Shown: in pieces, positions 56,529 through 64,000 of the stretch | How positions within the stretch are numbered: the first letter of the stretch is position 1 | Layout: every line of letters begins with the position of its first letter | Assembly (NCBI GenBank): GCA_023229365.1 | Contig: JALNZK010000017.1 | Coordinates: forward strand, 1,393 to 65,392 | DNA from: Pseudomonadota bacterium | Lineage (GTDB): Bacteria; Myxococcota_A; Polyangia; JAAYKL01 | Direction: 5' to 3' | Length of the DNA stretch: 64,000 nucleotides | The notes under the pieces: generated by a model | The model's database searches: none | Told to the model about the DNA's origin: nothing | Seen by the model: only the letters and a program-made list of their open reading frames with translations | Translations under genes and position numbers: made by a program

Positions 56529-57077
56529 ATGAAGCGCTTCGATGCACCTTCGAGATGGCTGGCCGCCGCCGTGGCGCTCGGCCTCCTTTCGCAGGCGGCC
56601 GACGCGGCCGCGCTCGACGGCTACCGCGACCGGAGGGGGCCCTTCATGGGCCTCGGCCTGGGCGGCGGCGCGGCGATCCAGGGCGGCGAGGTCGGCGGAG
56701 AGGCCGGGTTCGACCTCGGGATCGGCGGCGGAGCCGCCAAGTGGCTCACGCTCTCCCTCGACCTCGACACGCGCATGGAGCACGTCTCGGGCTTCACGAA
56801 CTGGATGTTCGTGCCCGGCGTCCAGGTCGACTTCTTCTTCCTCGACGCGCTGTTCGTGCGCGCGGGTGTGGGGATCGCGTTCGTCTTCCCGGACGAAGAG
56901 CTCATGCCGGACGACGACTTCGCGATGGGGTTCGACGGCATGGCGGGGATCGGATGGGAGTTCTTCGTGGGGTCCGACGTGGCGATCGACCTCGGCCTGG
57001 AGGGCGATATCATCGTCATCGACGACATGGAGGACGTTTTCGCGGTTGGGTTCTGGCTGGGGTTCAGGTACTACTGA
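56529..57077 (+). CDS. small outer-membrane beta-barrel-like protein
   Basis: GAGGAGG Shine-Dalgarno. Signal peptide. Gly-rich beta-hairpin pattern. Ends GFRYY. Confidence 0.45.
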   Translation: MKRFDAPSRWLAAAVALGLLSQAADAAALDGYRDRRGPFMGLGLGGGAAIQGGEVGGEAGFDLGIGGGAAKWLTLSLDLDTRMEHVSGFTNWMFVPGVQVDFFFLDALFVRAGVGIAFVFPDEELMPDDDFAMGFDGMAGIGWEFFVGSDVAIDLGLEGDIIVIDDMEDVFAVGFWLGFRYY

Positions 57078-57081
57078 GCCG

Positions 57082-57552
57082 ATGCAGCGAACGCCCCTCC
57101 TCGTCGCCGCGCTCACGGCCGCCCTCTGCAGCTGCGGCGACCCCGGCATCAAGCCCCAGGACACGTCCGGTCGCGATCCGGGCGACTCCGCAGGCGGTGG
57201 GACCGCGCCGGCCGCCGCGCTGGAGCTCGGCACGCCGGGCGGCCTCGGCGGCCTCGCGCTCCCCGGCGCCGCACGAGCCTCGACGTCGGCGGGGGACGCC
57301 GGCCCGGCCATGACGCCCGGGGGCCGCAAGGAGCTGCGCGCCGTGTTGGACAAGGCGATCGCCGACGATCGGCTCGACGAGGCGGTCGCGACGGCGGACG
57401 TGCTCAGCGTCCTCTTCCCCGACGATTCGGAGATCCTGGAGCTGCGGGGCCGGATCCTCTCGCTCCAAGGCGACGCCGACGGCAGCGCGCGCGACCTCGC
57501 CCGGTGCTGCGAGCTCGGCCGCCTCACCTGCTGCGCCGGGAAGCCGCGCTGA
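57082..57552 (+). CDS. small lipoprotein, hypothetical (helical/TPR-like)
   Basis: Lipobox ALCSC. Starts 4 nt after the previous stop. Confidence 0.4.
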   Translation: MQRTPLLVAALTAALCSCGDPGIKPQDTSGRDPGDSAGGGTAPAAALELGTPGGLGGLALPGAARASTSAGDAGPAMTPGGRKELRAVLDKAIADDRLDEAVATADVLSVLFPDDSEILELRGRILSLQGDADGSARDLARCCELGRLTCCAGKPR

Positions 57553-57601
57553 ATTCGCGTCACCTTCCGGCCGTCCAAGCACCTTGAAAGGATGGCTGAA
57601 G

Positions 57602-58870
57602 ATGTTTCGCTCACACTCGAATCGCTGCCGTGTCCTCGTCGTGTTCGTCGCGGTCATCCTCGCGGCCGCGGCGGCCCCGCCTCCGGCCTCGGCGGCCAAG
57701 GCGCCCGGCGGCCTGAGCGCCGAAGAGCTCAAGGCGATCACGCCGCTCTTCAGGCGGCACGACATCGTCGGCTTGGCCGAGTCGCAGCCGAACGGCGATC
57801 CCGCGTCGATGACGCTCGCGGTCCGGGTCAAGGCGCCGCGCGCAGTCGCCTTCAGCGCGCTCGAGAACCCGAGCAACTTCTACTACCTGTCGACGCTCTT
57901 CAAGGAGAACGAGATCGTCCAGCAGCACGACAACTCCAAGGCGTGGACGTGGGCCTCGCGCCACAAGCTGTTCAGCGTCACGGGCATGAACACCATCGCG
58001 CTCTACCCGCCGCGGCGCGCGGACGTCCGGATCGCGAAGAGCTCCGTCGGGCAGGGCGACTTCACCTTCACCTTCCACGAGGACGGGCCGGACGCCACCA
58101 TCGTCGTGCTCTCGGGGCTCCTCGACGTGCAGACCTCCGAGTGGCTGATCCGCTACCTCGTCGGGGGCAACCCGTCGATGCGTCAGGCGATGAACGTCGC
58201 CATCGGGATCGTCTGCATCAAGGGAGTCAAGACGCTCGCGGAACGGATCGCGGCCGGCAAGAAGCTCGACAAGCACAGGACCTTCGGCAAGTCGGGCGGC
58301 GCCATCCGGCTCACGCAGCAGAAGGAGCTGAAGGCGGTCGCGCCGCTGCTCGCCCGCGGCCAGGTCGTCCTCGTCGACTCGAACGGCAAGGGCAAGCTGC
58401 GCCAGGTGACGACGATCGAGAACGTCCGGGCGCCGTACGGCCAGGTGCTCGACATCGTCTCCACTCCGAAGAACTACTCCAAGACGATCCGCGCGTTCTC
58501 CGACATCACCGTGCACGACGCGGCGCCGAGGGAGATCTCCTTCTCCTGGACGCTCGGCTTCTCGGTGTTCAGCATCACGTCGAAGAACCGCATGACGACC
58601 GCCGATCAGGGCGTCACGATCGAAGGGCTGGATGGCGATCTCGCCGGGTCGACGTGGCGGTGGCAGATCGTCCCCACCGGCCCGGAGACCACGACGGTCG
58701 CGTACCACGGGTTCGCCGACGTCAAGAAGGCCGCGGTCATCCTCGAGAAGACCGTCCAGCGCGAGCCGTACCTCGAGCACGGGTTGATGGCGGGCAGCAA
58801 CATGGTCATGCTGCGCGCCATGAAGCGCGCCATGGAGCAGGCGAAGGCCCCTACCCCCGCGAAGCCTTGA
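57602..58870 (+). CDS. hypothetical secreted protein (possible tandem SRPBCC/START-like)
   Basis: Signal peptide VLVVFVAVILAAAAAPPPASA. High GC3. Confidence 0.4.
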   Translation: MFRSHSNRCRVLVVFVAVILAAAAAPPPASAAKAPGGLSAEELKAITPLFRRHDIVGLAESQPNGDPASMTLAVRVKAPRAVAFSALENPSNFYYLSTLFKENEIVQQHDNSKAWTWASRHKLFSVTGMNTIALYPPRRADVRIAKSSVGQGDFTFTFHEDGPDATIVVLSGLLDVQTSEWLIRYLVGGNPSMRQAMNVAIGIVCIKGVKTLAERIAAGKKLDKHRTFGKSGGAIRLTQQKELKAVAPLLARGQVVLVDSNGKGKLRQVTTIENVRAPYGQVLDIVSTPKNYSKTIRAFSDITVHDAAPREISFSWTLGFSVFSITSKNRMTTADQGVTIEGLDGDLAGSTWRWQIVPTGPETTTVAYHGFADVKKAAVILEKTVQREPYLEHGLMAGSNMVMLRAMKRAMEQAKAPTPAKP

Positions 58871-59894
58871 GCAGCGACGAGAGGATTTGCGCCGAGAGCG
58901 AGACGAGCGGGAGCGCGGCGCGGTAGTCCATCCTCGCCGAGCCGATGATCCCGACCTGCCCGCCGGATCCCGTCGCGCCGAAAGGCGCCGTGACGAGCGC
59001 GCATCCCTCGAACTCGGCACCGCCCTCGTCGCCGATGAGGACGAGCGGCCCGCGATCGGTCGCCGCCGCCTTGTCGAGCAGATCGAGCAGGCGCGCCTTC
59101 TTGTCGAGCGTGCCCATCAGCTCCGCGAGCCGCCCCTCGAGCTCGGGGCGGTCGAACAGGTGGCTTCGACCCTCGACGAGCAGGTGCGATCCGTGCACCG
59201 CGCTCGCGGACAAGGCCTCCGCGCCGAGCCGGCTCGCGCGCTCGCGGAGGGCGTCGCAGCGGGCCCGCGCGTCCTCCATCTCCCGCCTCAGGATCGTGCG
59301 CACCTCGTTGAGCGAGCGCCCTGCGATCTTTTCCGACAGGTAGTTGTGGATCCGCTCGAGCTCGCGGTCGTCGACGTCGGCGGGCGACTCCACGAACGCG
59401 TTGTGGACGATCCCCTCCCGCGTGACGACCACCGCAAGCAGCTTGCCGGGCTCGATCGGGACGAACCGGAGCTGCCGGAGCTGGGAGTCCGAGAGCGCCG
59501 GAGTGATCACGAGCGCGGTCTGCGCCGAGATCTCGGACAGCGTCCCCACGATGTCCCGCCACGATCCGATCTCGCCCGGCACGAGGTTGGCGACGCCCTC
59601 GAAGAGCGTGCGCCGTGCGTCGGGATCCACCTCGACGGCGCTCTCGCGCAACGCGTCGACGAAGATGCGGAAGGCGCGATCGGTCGGGATCCTGCCCGCA
59701 GAGGTGTGCGGCTGCACGAGCAGCCCGGCGACCGTGAGATCGTGCAGCGCCCTGCGGATCGTCGGCGGCGACAGCCCGAGCAGCGCGCGGTCCGAAAGGA
59801 GCCTCGAGCTCACCGGCACGCCGGAGGAGACGTACTCCGCGATCGCGGCGAACAGCACGCGTCGCTCCCTCTCGCTCAGGTCGATGTGCTCCAT
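58851..59894 (-). CDS. hrcA: heat-inducible transcription repressor HrcA
   Basis: N-terminal wHTH LSERERRVLFAAIAEYVSSGVPVSSRLL. HrcA-like C-terminal domain. Confidence 0.85.
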   Translation of the reverse strand: MEHIDLSERERRVLFAAIAEYVSSGVPVSSRLLSDRALLGLSPPTIRRALHDLTVAGLLVQPHTSAGRIPTDRAFRIFVDALRESAVEVDPDARRTLFEGVANLVPGEIGSWRDIVGTLSEISAQTALVITPALSDSQLRQLRFVPIEPGKLLAVVVTREGIVHNAFVESPADVDDRELERIHNYLSEKIAGRSLNEVRTILRREMEDARARCDALRERASRLGAEALSASAVHGSHLLVEGRSHLFDRPELEGRLAELMGTLDKKARLLDLLDKAAATDRGPLVLIGDEGGAEFEGCALVTAPFGATGSGGQVGIIGSARMDYRAALPLVSLSAQILSSLLKASRG

Positions 59895-59929
59895 CCCCGT
59901 CCTGCCGCGCCATCGCGCGACGCGTCCAC

Positions 59930-59958
59930 TTGACAGCGCTCCCCCGAAACCCATAACA
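59930..59958 (+). promoter_or_regulatory. sigma70-type promoter (-35 TTGACA, 17-nt spacer, -10 ATAACA) placing a TSS at or about the ATG of the downstream response-regulator gene (leaderless)
   Basis: Direct reading of cacTTGACAgcgctcccccgaaacccATAACAgaaagcATG. Confidence 0.4.
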
Positions 59959-59964
59959 GAAAGC

Positions 59965-60375
59965 ATGGTCGACAATCCAGAGCCGGGACACGCGGAGCTG
60001 CCCGCCGGTCTGAAGATCCTCGTCGCGGACGACGAGGAGCGCCTGCGCTTCGTCTTGACGTTGATGCTCGAGGAGCTCGGCGCCGAGGTCGTCGCCGTGG
60101 ACTCGTGCGAGAAGGCGCTCGAGCTCTACGGCGCGCCGGGTGAGCGGTTCGACGTCGCCGTGCTCGATCTCCGCATGCGAGGGATGGGCGGCGCCGCCGC
60201 CTGCCGCGCGATGCTCGCCCGCGACCCGGACGCCCGCGTCGTGCTCTCCTCGGGGCTCCGGCCGACCGACGATCTGCTCGCCGAGTTCGGCGGCCACCGC
60301 TGCGCCTTCATCGAGAAGCCGTTCGACATCGAACAGCTCGCGCAGGTTCTCGGCGGCATCGTCAGCAGGCGATAG
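59965..60375 (+). CDS. single-domain response regulator (REC only)
   Basis: KILVADDEE, D-containing LDLRMRGMGG, and a K-containing C-terminus. Confidence 0.7.
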   Translation: MVDNPEPGHAELPAGLKILVADDEERLRFVLTLMLEELGAEVVAVDSCEKALELYGAPGERFDVAVLDLRMRGMGGAAACRAMLARDPDARVVLSSGLRPTDDLLAEFGGHRCAFIEKPFDIEQLAQVLGGIVSRR

Positions 60376-60378
60376 GGA

Positions 60379-62169
60379 TCAGCCCGCGTCGCCGGGGCCA
60401 GCCTTGGGCGACGGGACGATGGGCGCGCTCATGCGGTCGGCGAGGTCCGACGCCGGCTCCGGCGGGGCCGCGACGACGTCGACCACGGCCACGGCCGCGA
60501 CCGGGGTATGGGGCGTGGGGCGTACGGTCGCCACCTCTCCGGTGACGTCGGTCTGCCACGGATACTTGATCCGGCCATGGTACATGCCGACGAGGGTGTC
60601 GACCACGGTGTTCGCGATGCTCCGCGTGTCGGCGAGCGACAGCCCGGACTCGTCGAGCTGCCCGCGGGCGAGCTTGGTGTACACGATGCGCTGCACGAGC
60701 TGCTCGAACTGCGCCTTCTCGGGCGGGCTCACGGTGCGCGCTGCGGCTTCGATCGCGTCGATCAGCATGAGGATGCCGGTCTCCCGGTTCGCCGGCTTGT
60801 GCCCTGGGTAGGAGAAGTCGCGCTCGGTGAGCTCCTGCGCCCCCCCCTCGGAGAGGTTCTTGTGCCAGAAGTACTCGAGCACGCCGGTGCCGTGGTGCGT
60901 GAACGCGAACTCCACGACGTCCTCGGGCACGCCGTGCTGCCGCAGAAGCCGCGTCCCCTCGGTGACATGGTGGAAGATCGTGCGGGCCGAGTCGAGCGGG
61001 GTCATCTCGTCGTGCGGGTTCGTGCCGCCGCTCTGGTTCTCGATGAAGAACTCCGGGTGGTAGCTCTTCCCGATGTCGTGGAAGTAGGCGCCGACGCGGA
61101 CCAGAAGCGAGTTGGCGCCTATCGCGTGCGCCGCCGCCTCGGCCAGGTTCGCCATGGCGCGGCTGTGCTCCCAGGTCGCCGGGGCCCGCTCGTGCAGCCG
61201 CTTGAGGAGCGGGTGGTCGAGGTCCTGGAGGTCGAGCAGCCGCCCGCGCGAGACCTCGCCTATCATGGCGCCGACGATCGGCGCGAGCACCCAGGCGAGC
61301 ACCCCAGAGCCGATTCCGCTGAACAACCCGGCCAGCCAGAGGGAGTACCGAGGATCGACGTGCTCCGAAACATCGTCGTAGATGTCCAACGTCCCCGCGA
61401 ACAGGAGGGTCGTCGCGAGCGTGGCCACGACCGCGACCCACGCCACCATCGCCCCGGCCTTGAGGTGCGCTCCCGCGCGCCGCCGTTGCCCGGCCGCGAC
61501 CACCGACGCGAAGCCCGCGATGAGGTGGATGAGGAAGATCTGGATGTCGTAGTTGACCAGGGACGACGCGATCAGGGCGCTCGCCATCGCGACGCCGAAC
61601 GACAACCGCCGCCCGAGGAAGTACGCCGCGAGCATCGGAACCATCGCAGCAGGAACTATTTCCGCGGACCACGAGGTGAAAAGGAGCATCGCCTTGGAGA
61701 TCAGCGCCATGAGCGTCAAGAGCAGAAAGACCGTCAAATGGGATCGGACCAACCTCGCGCGGCCCATCCCGTCTCGGCGCATGTACGCGCTGAGCACGAG
61801 GCCGACCATGAGGAAGAAAACGAACGCCCCGATGAGCCGCATGGGCCGGATCGGCCGGCGCGACGCCTCGAAAGCCTTGACCAGCCCCGTGCACTCCTTG
61901 CCCCGGACCAGCTTCGTCCCGCGCGCCACGAGGTGCGGGCAGCTGGAGGAGGTGGTCGTCAGGTAGTGGACCTCGTTCCGCAGCATCGTGATACGAAAAT
62001 AACTCGCGGGAAGGCGGACCGTGACCTGCGCCACGCGACCCTCGCGCACGGCGAGCGAGCCGCTCCACAGCTCCGCGGACTGGATGCACACCCAGATCAC
62101 GGCGAACGCCAAAGCGATCACCGTGCTGGTGAACGCCGTGGCGTACGCCCTTTTTCGTAGACTGTTCAC
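60379..62169 (-). CDS. pgpH: 7TM receptor with intracellular HD hydrolase domain (PgpH-type cyclic-di-AMP phosphodiesterase family)
   Basis: N-terminal extracellular domain plus 7 TM helices. HD domain motifs (YFHDIGK, HH). Confidence 0.75.
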   Translation of the reverse strand: MNSLRKRAYATAFTSTVIALAFAVIWVCIQSAELWSGSLAVREGRVAQVTVRLPASYFRITMLRNEVHYLTTTSSSCPHLVARGTKLVRGKECTGLVKAFEASRRPIRPMRLIGAFVFFLMVGLVLSAYMRRDGMGRARLVRSHLTVFLLLTLMALISKAMLLFTSWSAEIVPAAMVPMLAAYFLGRRLSFGVAMASALIASSLVNYDIQIFLIHLIAGFASVVAAGQRRRAGAHLKAGAMVAWVAVVATLATTLLFAGTLDIYDDVSEHVDPRYSLWLAGLFSGIGSGVLAWVLAPIVGAMIGEVSRGRLLDLQDLDHPLLKRLHERAPATWEHSRAMANLAEAAAHAIGANSLLVRVGAYFHDIGKSYHPEFFIENQSGGTNPHDEMTPLDSARTIFHHVTEGTRLLRQHGVPEDVVEFAFTHHGTGVLEYFWHKNLSEGGAQELTERDFSYPGHKPANRETGILMLIDAIEAAARTVSPPEKAQFEQLVQRIVYTKLARGQLDESGLSLADTRSIANTVVDTLVGMYHGRIKYPWQTDVTGEVATVRPTPHTPVAAVAVVDVVAAPPEPASDLADRMSAPIVPSPKAGPGDAG

Positions 62170-62263
62170 GCTCCGGACGCCCTGTACGCGGACCGCACAA
62201 CCGGCCGATCCGCCACCCTTTTGAATTTGAAATCATGTACGCCGGTCAGAAAAATGCAAGCGC

Positions 62264-63229
62264 TTGTGTGTTCCGGAACCGACATATGGTAGGTTTTCGA
62301 CCGATGAACACGCTCTCGAGAGGCTCGGCCGGGTGCTGCGGATAGCAATAAAATCGTCTCTGGTGGTCGCCATCGCGGCGTTGCTGAGCGCCGGTTCGGC
62401 GTCGGCACAAGGGGACTCCCAGCCCGCGACAGCCGGCCCGACGGAACCCGTGCAGGCGAACGCCGTTCAAACCGAGAAGACCGACAGCAAACCCGCCCCG
62501 AAGAAGAAGCTCCACCGATCCCGAGGTTGCCGCAAGTACGCGCCACCGTCGTATCGTAAAATGATTCGTCGATGGCAGAGCGTTCCGCCGATCCCCAAAC
62601 CCAAATGGCGCGAAGGTTTTCGCGACCTGACGCTCTACTCGGTCAACCTCGGAGAGCGGATCCGCGTGTTCCCTTTCCTCCCGGACGGAACGCTCGACCC
62701 CGCGGTCGTGGATGAGGTCGCGCGCGTCATGCGCGACAAGGATACGGACGCCGTGCACGCGATCTCTCCACGCCTCATCAAGCTCATCTACAAGCTCGCC
62801 GTCAAATTCAACGTGCGACAGATCACGATCATCTCGGGTTATCGCGAACCCAAGGACGAGGAAGGCGGCGGCCACCACGCGGACGGCTCCGCGATCGACA
62901 TGGCGTTCTCCGGCGTGCGGCTGCCGGCGTTGGCTCAGGCCGCGCGACGGCTCGGCCACGCCGGCGTCGGGCTCTATCCGACCGCCGGGTTCATCCACCT
63001 GGACGTCCGCGAGGGCCGCTCGTACTTCTGGGCGGATAGCTCCGGCCCCGGGCAGCCGGGGTGCGTCCGGCCGTTGGACGCGTCGCAGGCCTTCGCGAAC
63101 GACGCCAAGTGGCGGCCCGATAAGGACGAGCCGATCCCGGCCAAGAACCGGAAGGGCGTGCTGCTCGGCGCGCGCCCCCCGGACGACCCCTCCCCGGACC
63201 CCTCCCCGATTCCCTCCCCGAACGGATAG
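62264..63229 (+). CDS. DUF882 / peptidase M15A-family (YcbK/MepK-like) protein
   Basis: ITIISGYREP...GGGHHADGSAIDMAF zinc-site motifs. Alternative GTG start at 62333. Confidence 0.65.
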   Translation: MCVPEPTYGRFSTDEHALERLGRVLRIAIKSSLVVAIAALLSAGSASAQGDSQPATAGPTEPVQANAVQTEKTDSKPAPKKKLHRSRGCRKYAPPSYRKMIRRWQSVPPIPKPKWREGFRDLTLYSVNLGERIRVFPFLPDGTLDPAVVDEVARVMRDKDTDAVHAISPRLIKLIYKLAVKFNVRQITIISGYREPKDEEGGGHHADGSAIDMAFSGVRLPALAQAARRLGHAGVGLYPTAGFIHLDVREGRSYFWADSSGPGQPGCVRPLDASQAFANDAKWRPDKDEPIPAKNRKGVLLGARPPDDPSPDPSPIPSPNG

Positions 63230-63262
63230 CTGCGCCGCGGGTCAAATGGTATGATGCTGTCG

Positions 63263-64000
63263 ATGCGCCGAAGGCTCCCGATCTCGCTCGTCGTCCCGCT
63301 CGTCGCGCTGCTCTGCGCGTGCCAGGCGGAGCTCGAACGGGTGAGCGAGGTGACCAAGCTCCGGATTCTCGGAATCCAGGCCGATCCGCCGGAGATCGCC
63401 CCGGGCGAGTCGACCGCGCTCCGTATCCTCACGGCCGATCCGGGCGGCGAGGGGCGCCGCGTCGTGGGCGGCGGGATCGTCGTTCCCGGGCTGTTCACGC
63501 CGTCGTCGTCGCCGGACACCTCGACGCTCCCCCCGCTCTTCTACGCCCTGCCGTTCACGGACGTGAACGACAGCGGCGTCGTCGTCTTTCCCCACCACCT
63601 GGGGATGCCGTCGTACTACTCGGACCAGGGCGCGCAGGTGCCGATCGCCCCTCCCGGCGAGCCGCTCGTCATGACCGCGATCCTGTTCGTGTGCGCGGGC
63701 GACGGCTTCGACGAGGACGCCGCCTACGCCGTGATGGCCCAGATCTCCATGGGCGGGGCCGTCGAAGAAGCGGGTCCCGACGCGTTCCTGGAGATCTGCT
63801 CCGAGGCGGGCGCGGACGAGGGGATCACGGCGCTCAAGAGCTTCGACGTCGTCACGTGCGATCCGGAGAACAGCGCGCTCGCGTGCGACGGCGAGTACGC
63901 CCAGAACGCGAACCCCGAGATCGAGTCGATCGCGCTCGCCGGAGAGCCGCTGTCGCAGTTCTTTGGCGGCCAGTGCTTCGAATGCGACCCAGAGGACGGT
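63263..64000 (+). CDS. hypothetical lipoprotein, 3' partial (runs off window)
   Basis: ATG at 63263 (or 63251). Lipobox LLCAC. GC3 is about 95% with no stop before the window end. Confidence 0.5.
   Translation, partial: MRRRLPISLVVPLVALLCACQAELERVSEVTKLRILGIQADPPEIAPGESTALRILTADPGGEGRRVVGGGIVVPGLFTPSSSPDTSTLPPLFYALPFTDVNDSGVVVFPHHLGMPSYYSDQGAQVPIAPPGEPLVMTAILFVCAGDGFDEDAAYAVMAQISMGGAVEEAGPDAFLEICSEAGADEGITALKSFDVVTCDPENSALACDGEYAQNANPEIESIALAGEPLSQFFGGQCFECDPEDG

Noticed and set aside
54402-57077. 891-aa plus-strand ORF and 54427..56403(-) ORF
   Set aside because: They span four separately Shine-Dalgarno-initiated lipoprotein/OMP genes. The translations are R/G/D low complexity.
59895-59964. 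CIRCE operator upstream of hrcA
   Set aside because: I searched the 70-bp upstream region by eye for TTAGCACTC-N9-GAGTGCTAA and found no match. A -35/-10 pair facing the opposite gene is found instead.

Overview
This is a 64 kb window of very high-GC (about 70%) chromosome; by inference from gene content and repeat style it looks Myxococcota-like. No searches were run, so every call below rests on the provided translations, start-codon and Shine-Dalgarno context, and recognisable motifs.

The window is gene-dense, with about 60 CDS and one tRNA. I treated the many long Arg/Pro/Gly-rich ORFs in the track as GC-driven shadow frames and resolved the real genes from third-position GC, SD context and start motifs.

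Housekeeping genes recognised with good confidence:
- rlmE and rplC
- queA and tgt
- pntAA, pntAB and pntB
- ald
- yajC, secD, secF and recJ, packed as one cluster
- hrcA
- a PgpH-type 7TM-HD protein
- tRNA-Leu(CAG)

Accessory content worth attention:
- A roughly 10 kb run of secreted lipoproteins whose lipoboxes are followed by (Thr-Asp)n linkers encoded by GACACC-type hexanucleotide repeats.
- A RayT/IS200-like HUH (Y1) transposase homolog.
- A Ser/Thr kinase with extracellular PPC domains, translationally coupled to queA-tgt and preceded by a paralogous zinc-ribbon membrane protein.
- An ArsA/Get3-like ATPase with a Lys-to-Arg Walker A substitution, coupled to a small membrane protein.
- An LpoB-like four-gene envelope operon.
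- A DUF2089/SHOCT/Yip1 gene pair.

Several unusual non-coding elements also stand out:
- An AT-rich island of about 75 bp.
- A G-quadruplex-prone tandem repeat.
- C9 and T9 homopolymer tracts.
- Tandem arrays of 30 bp and 42 bp units.
- A palindromic putative operator.
- Candidate leaderless promoters.

My best candidates for an undescribed system are the ArsA-like ATPase plus membrane partner pair (52765..54323) and the TD-linker lipoprotein island (9672..19998).
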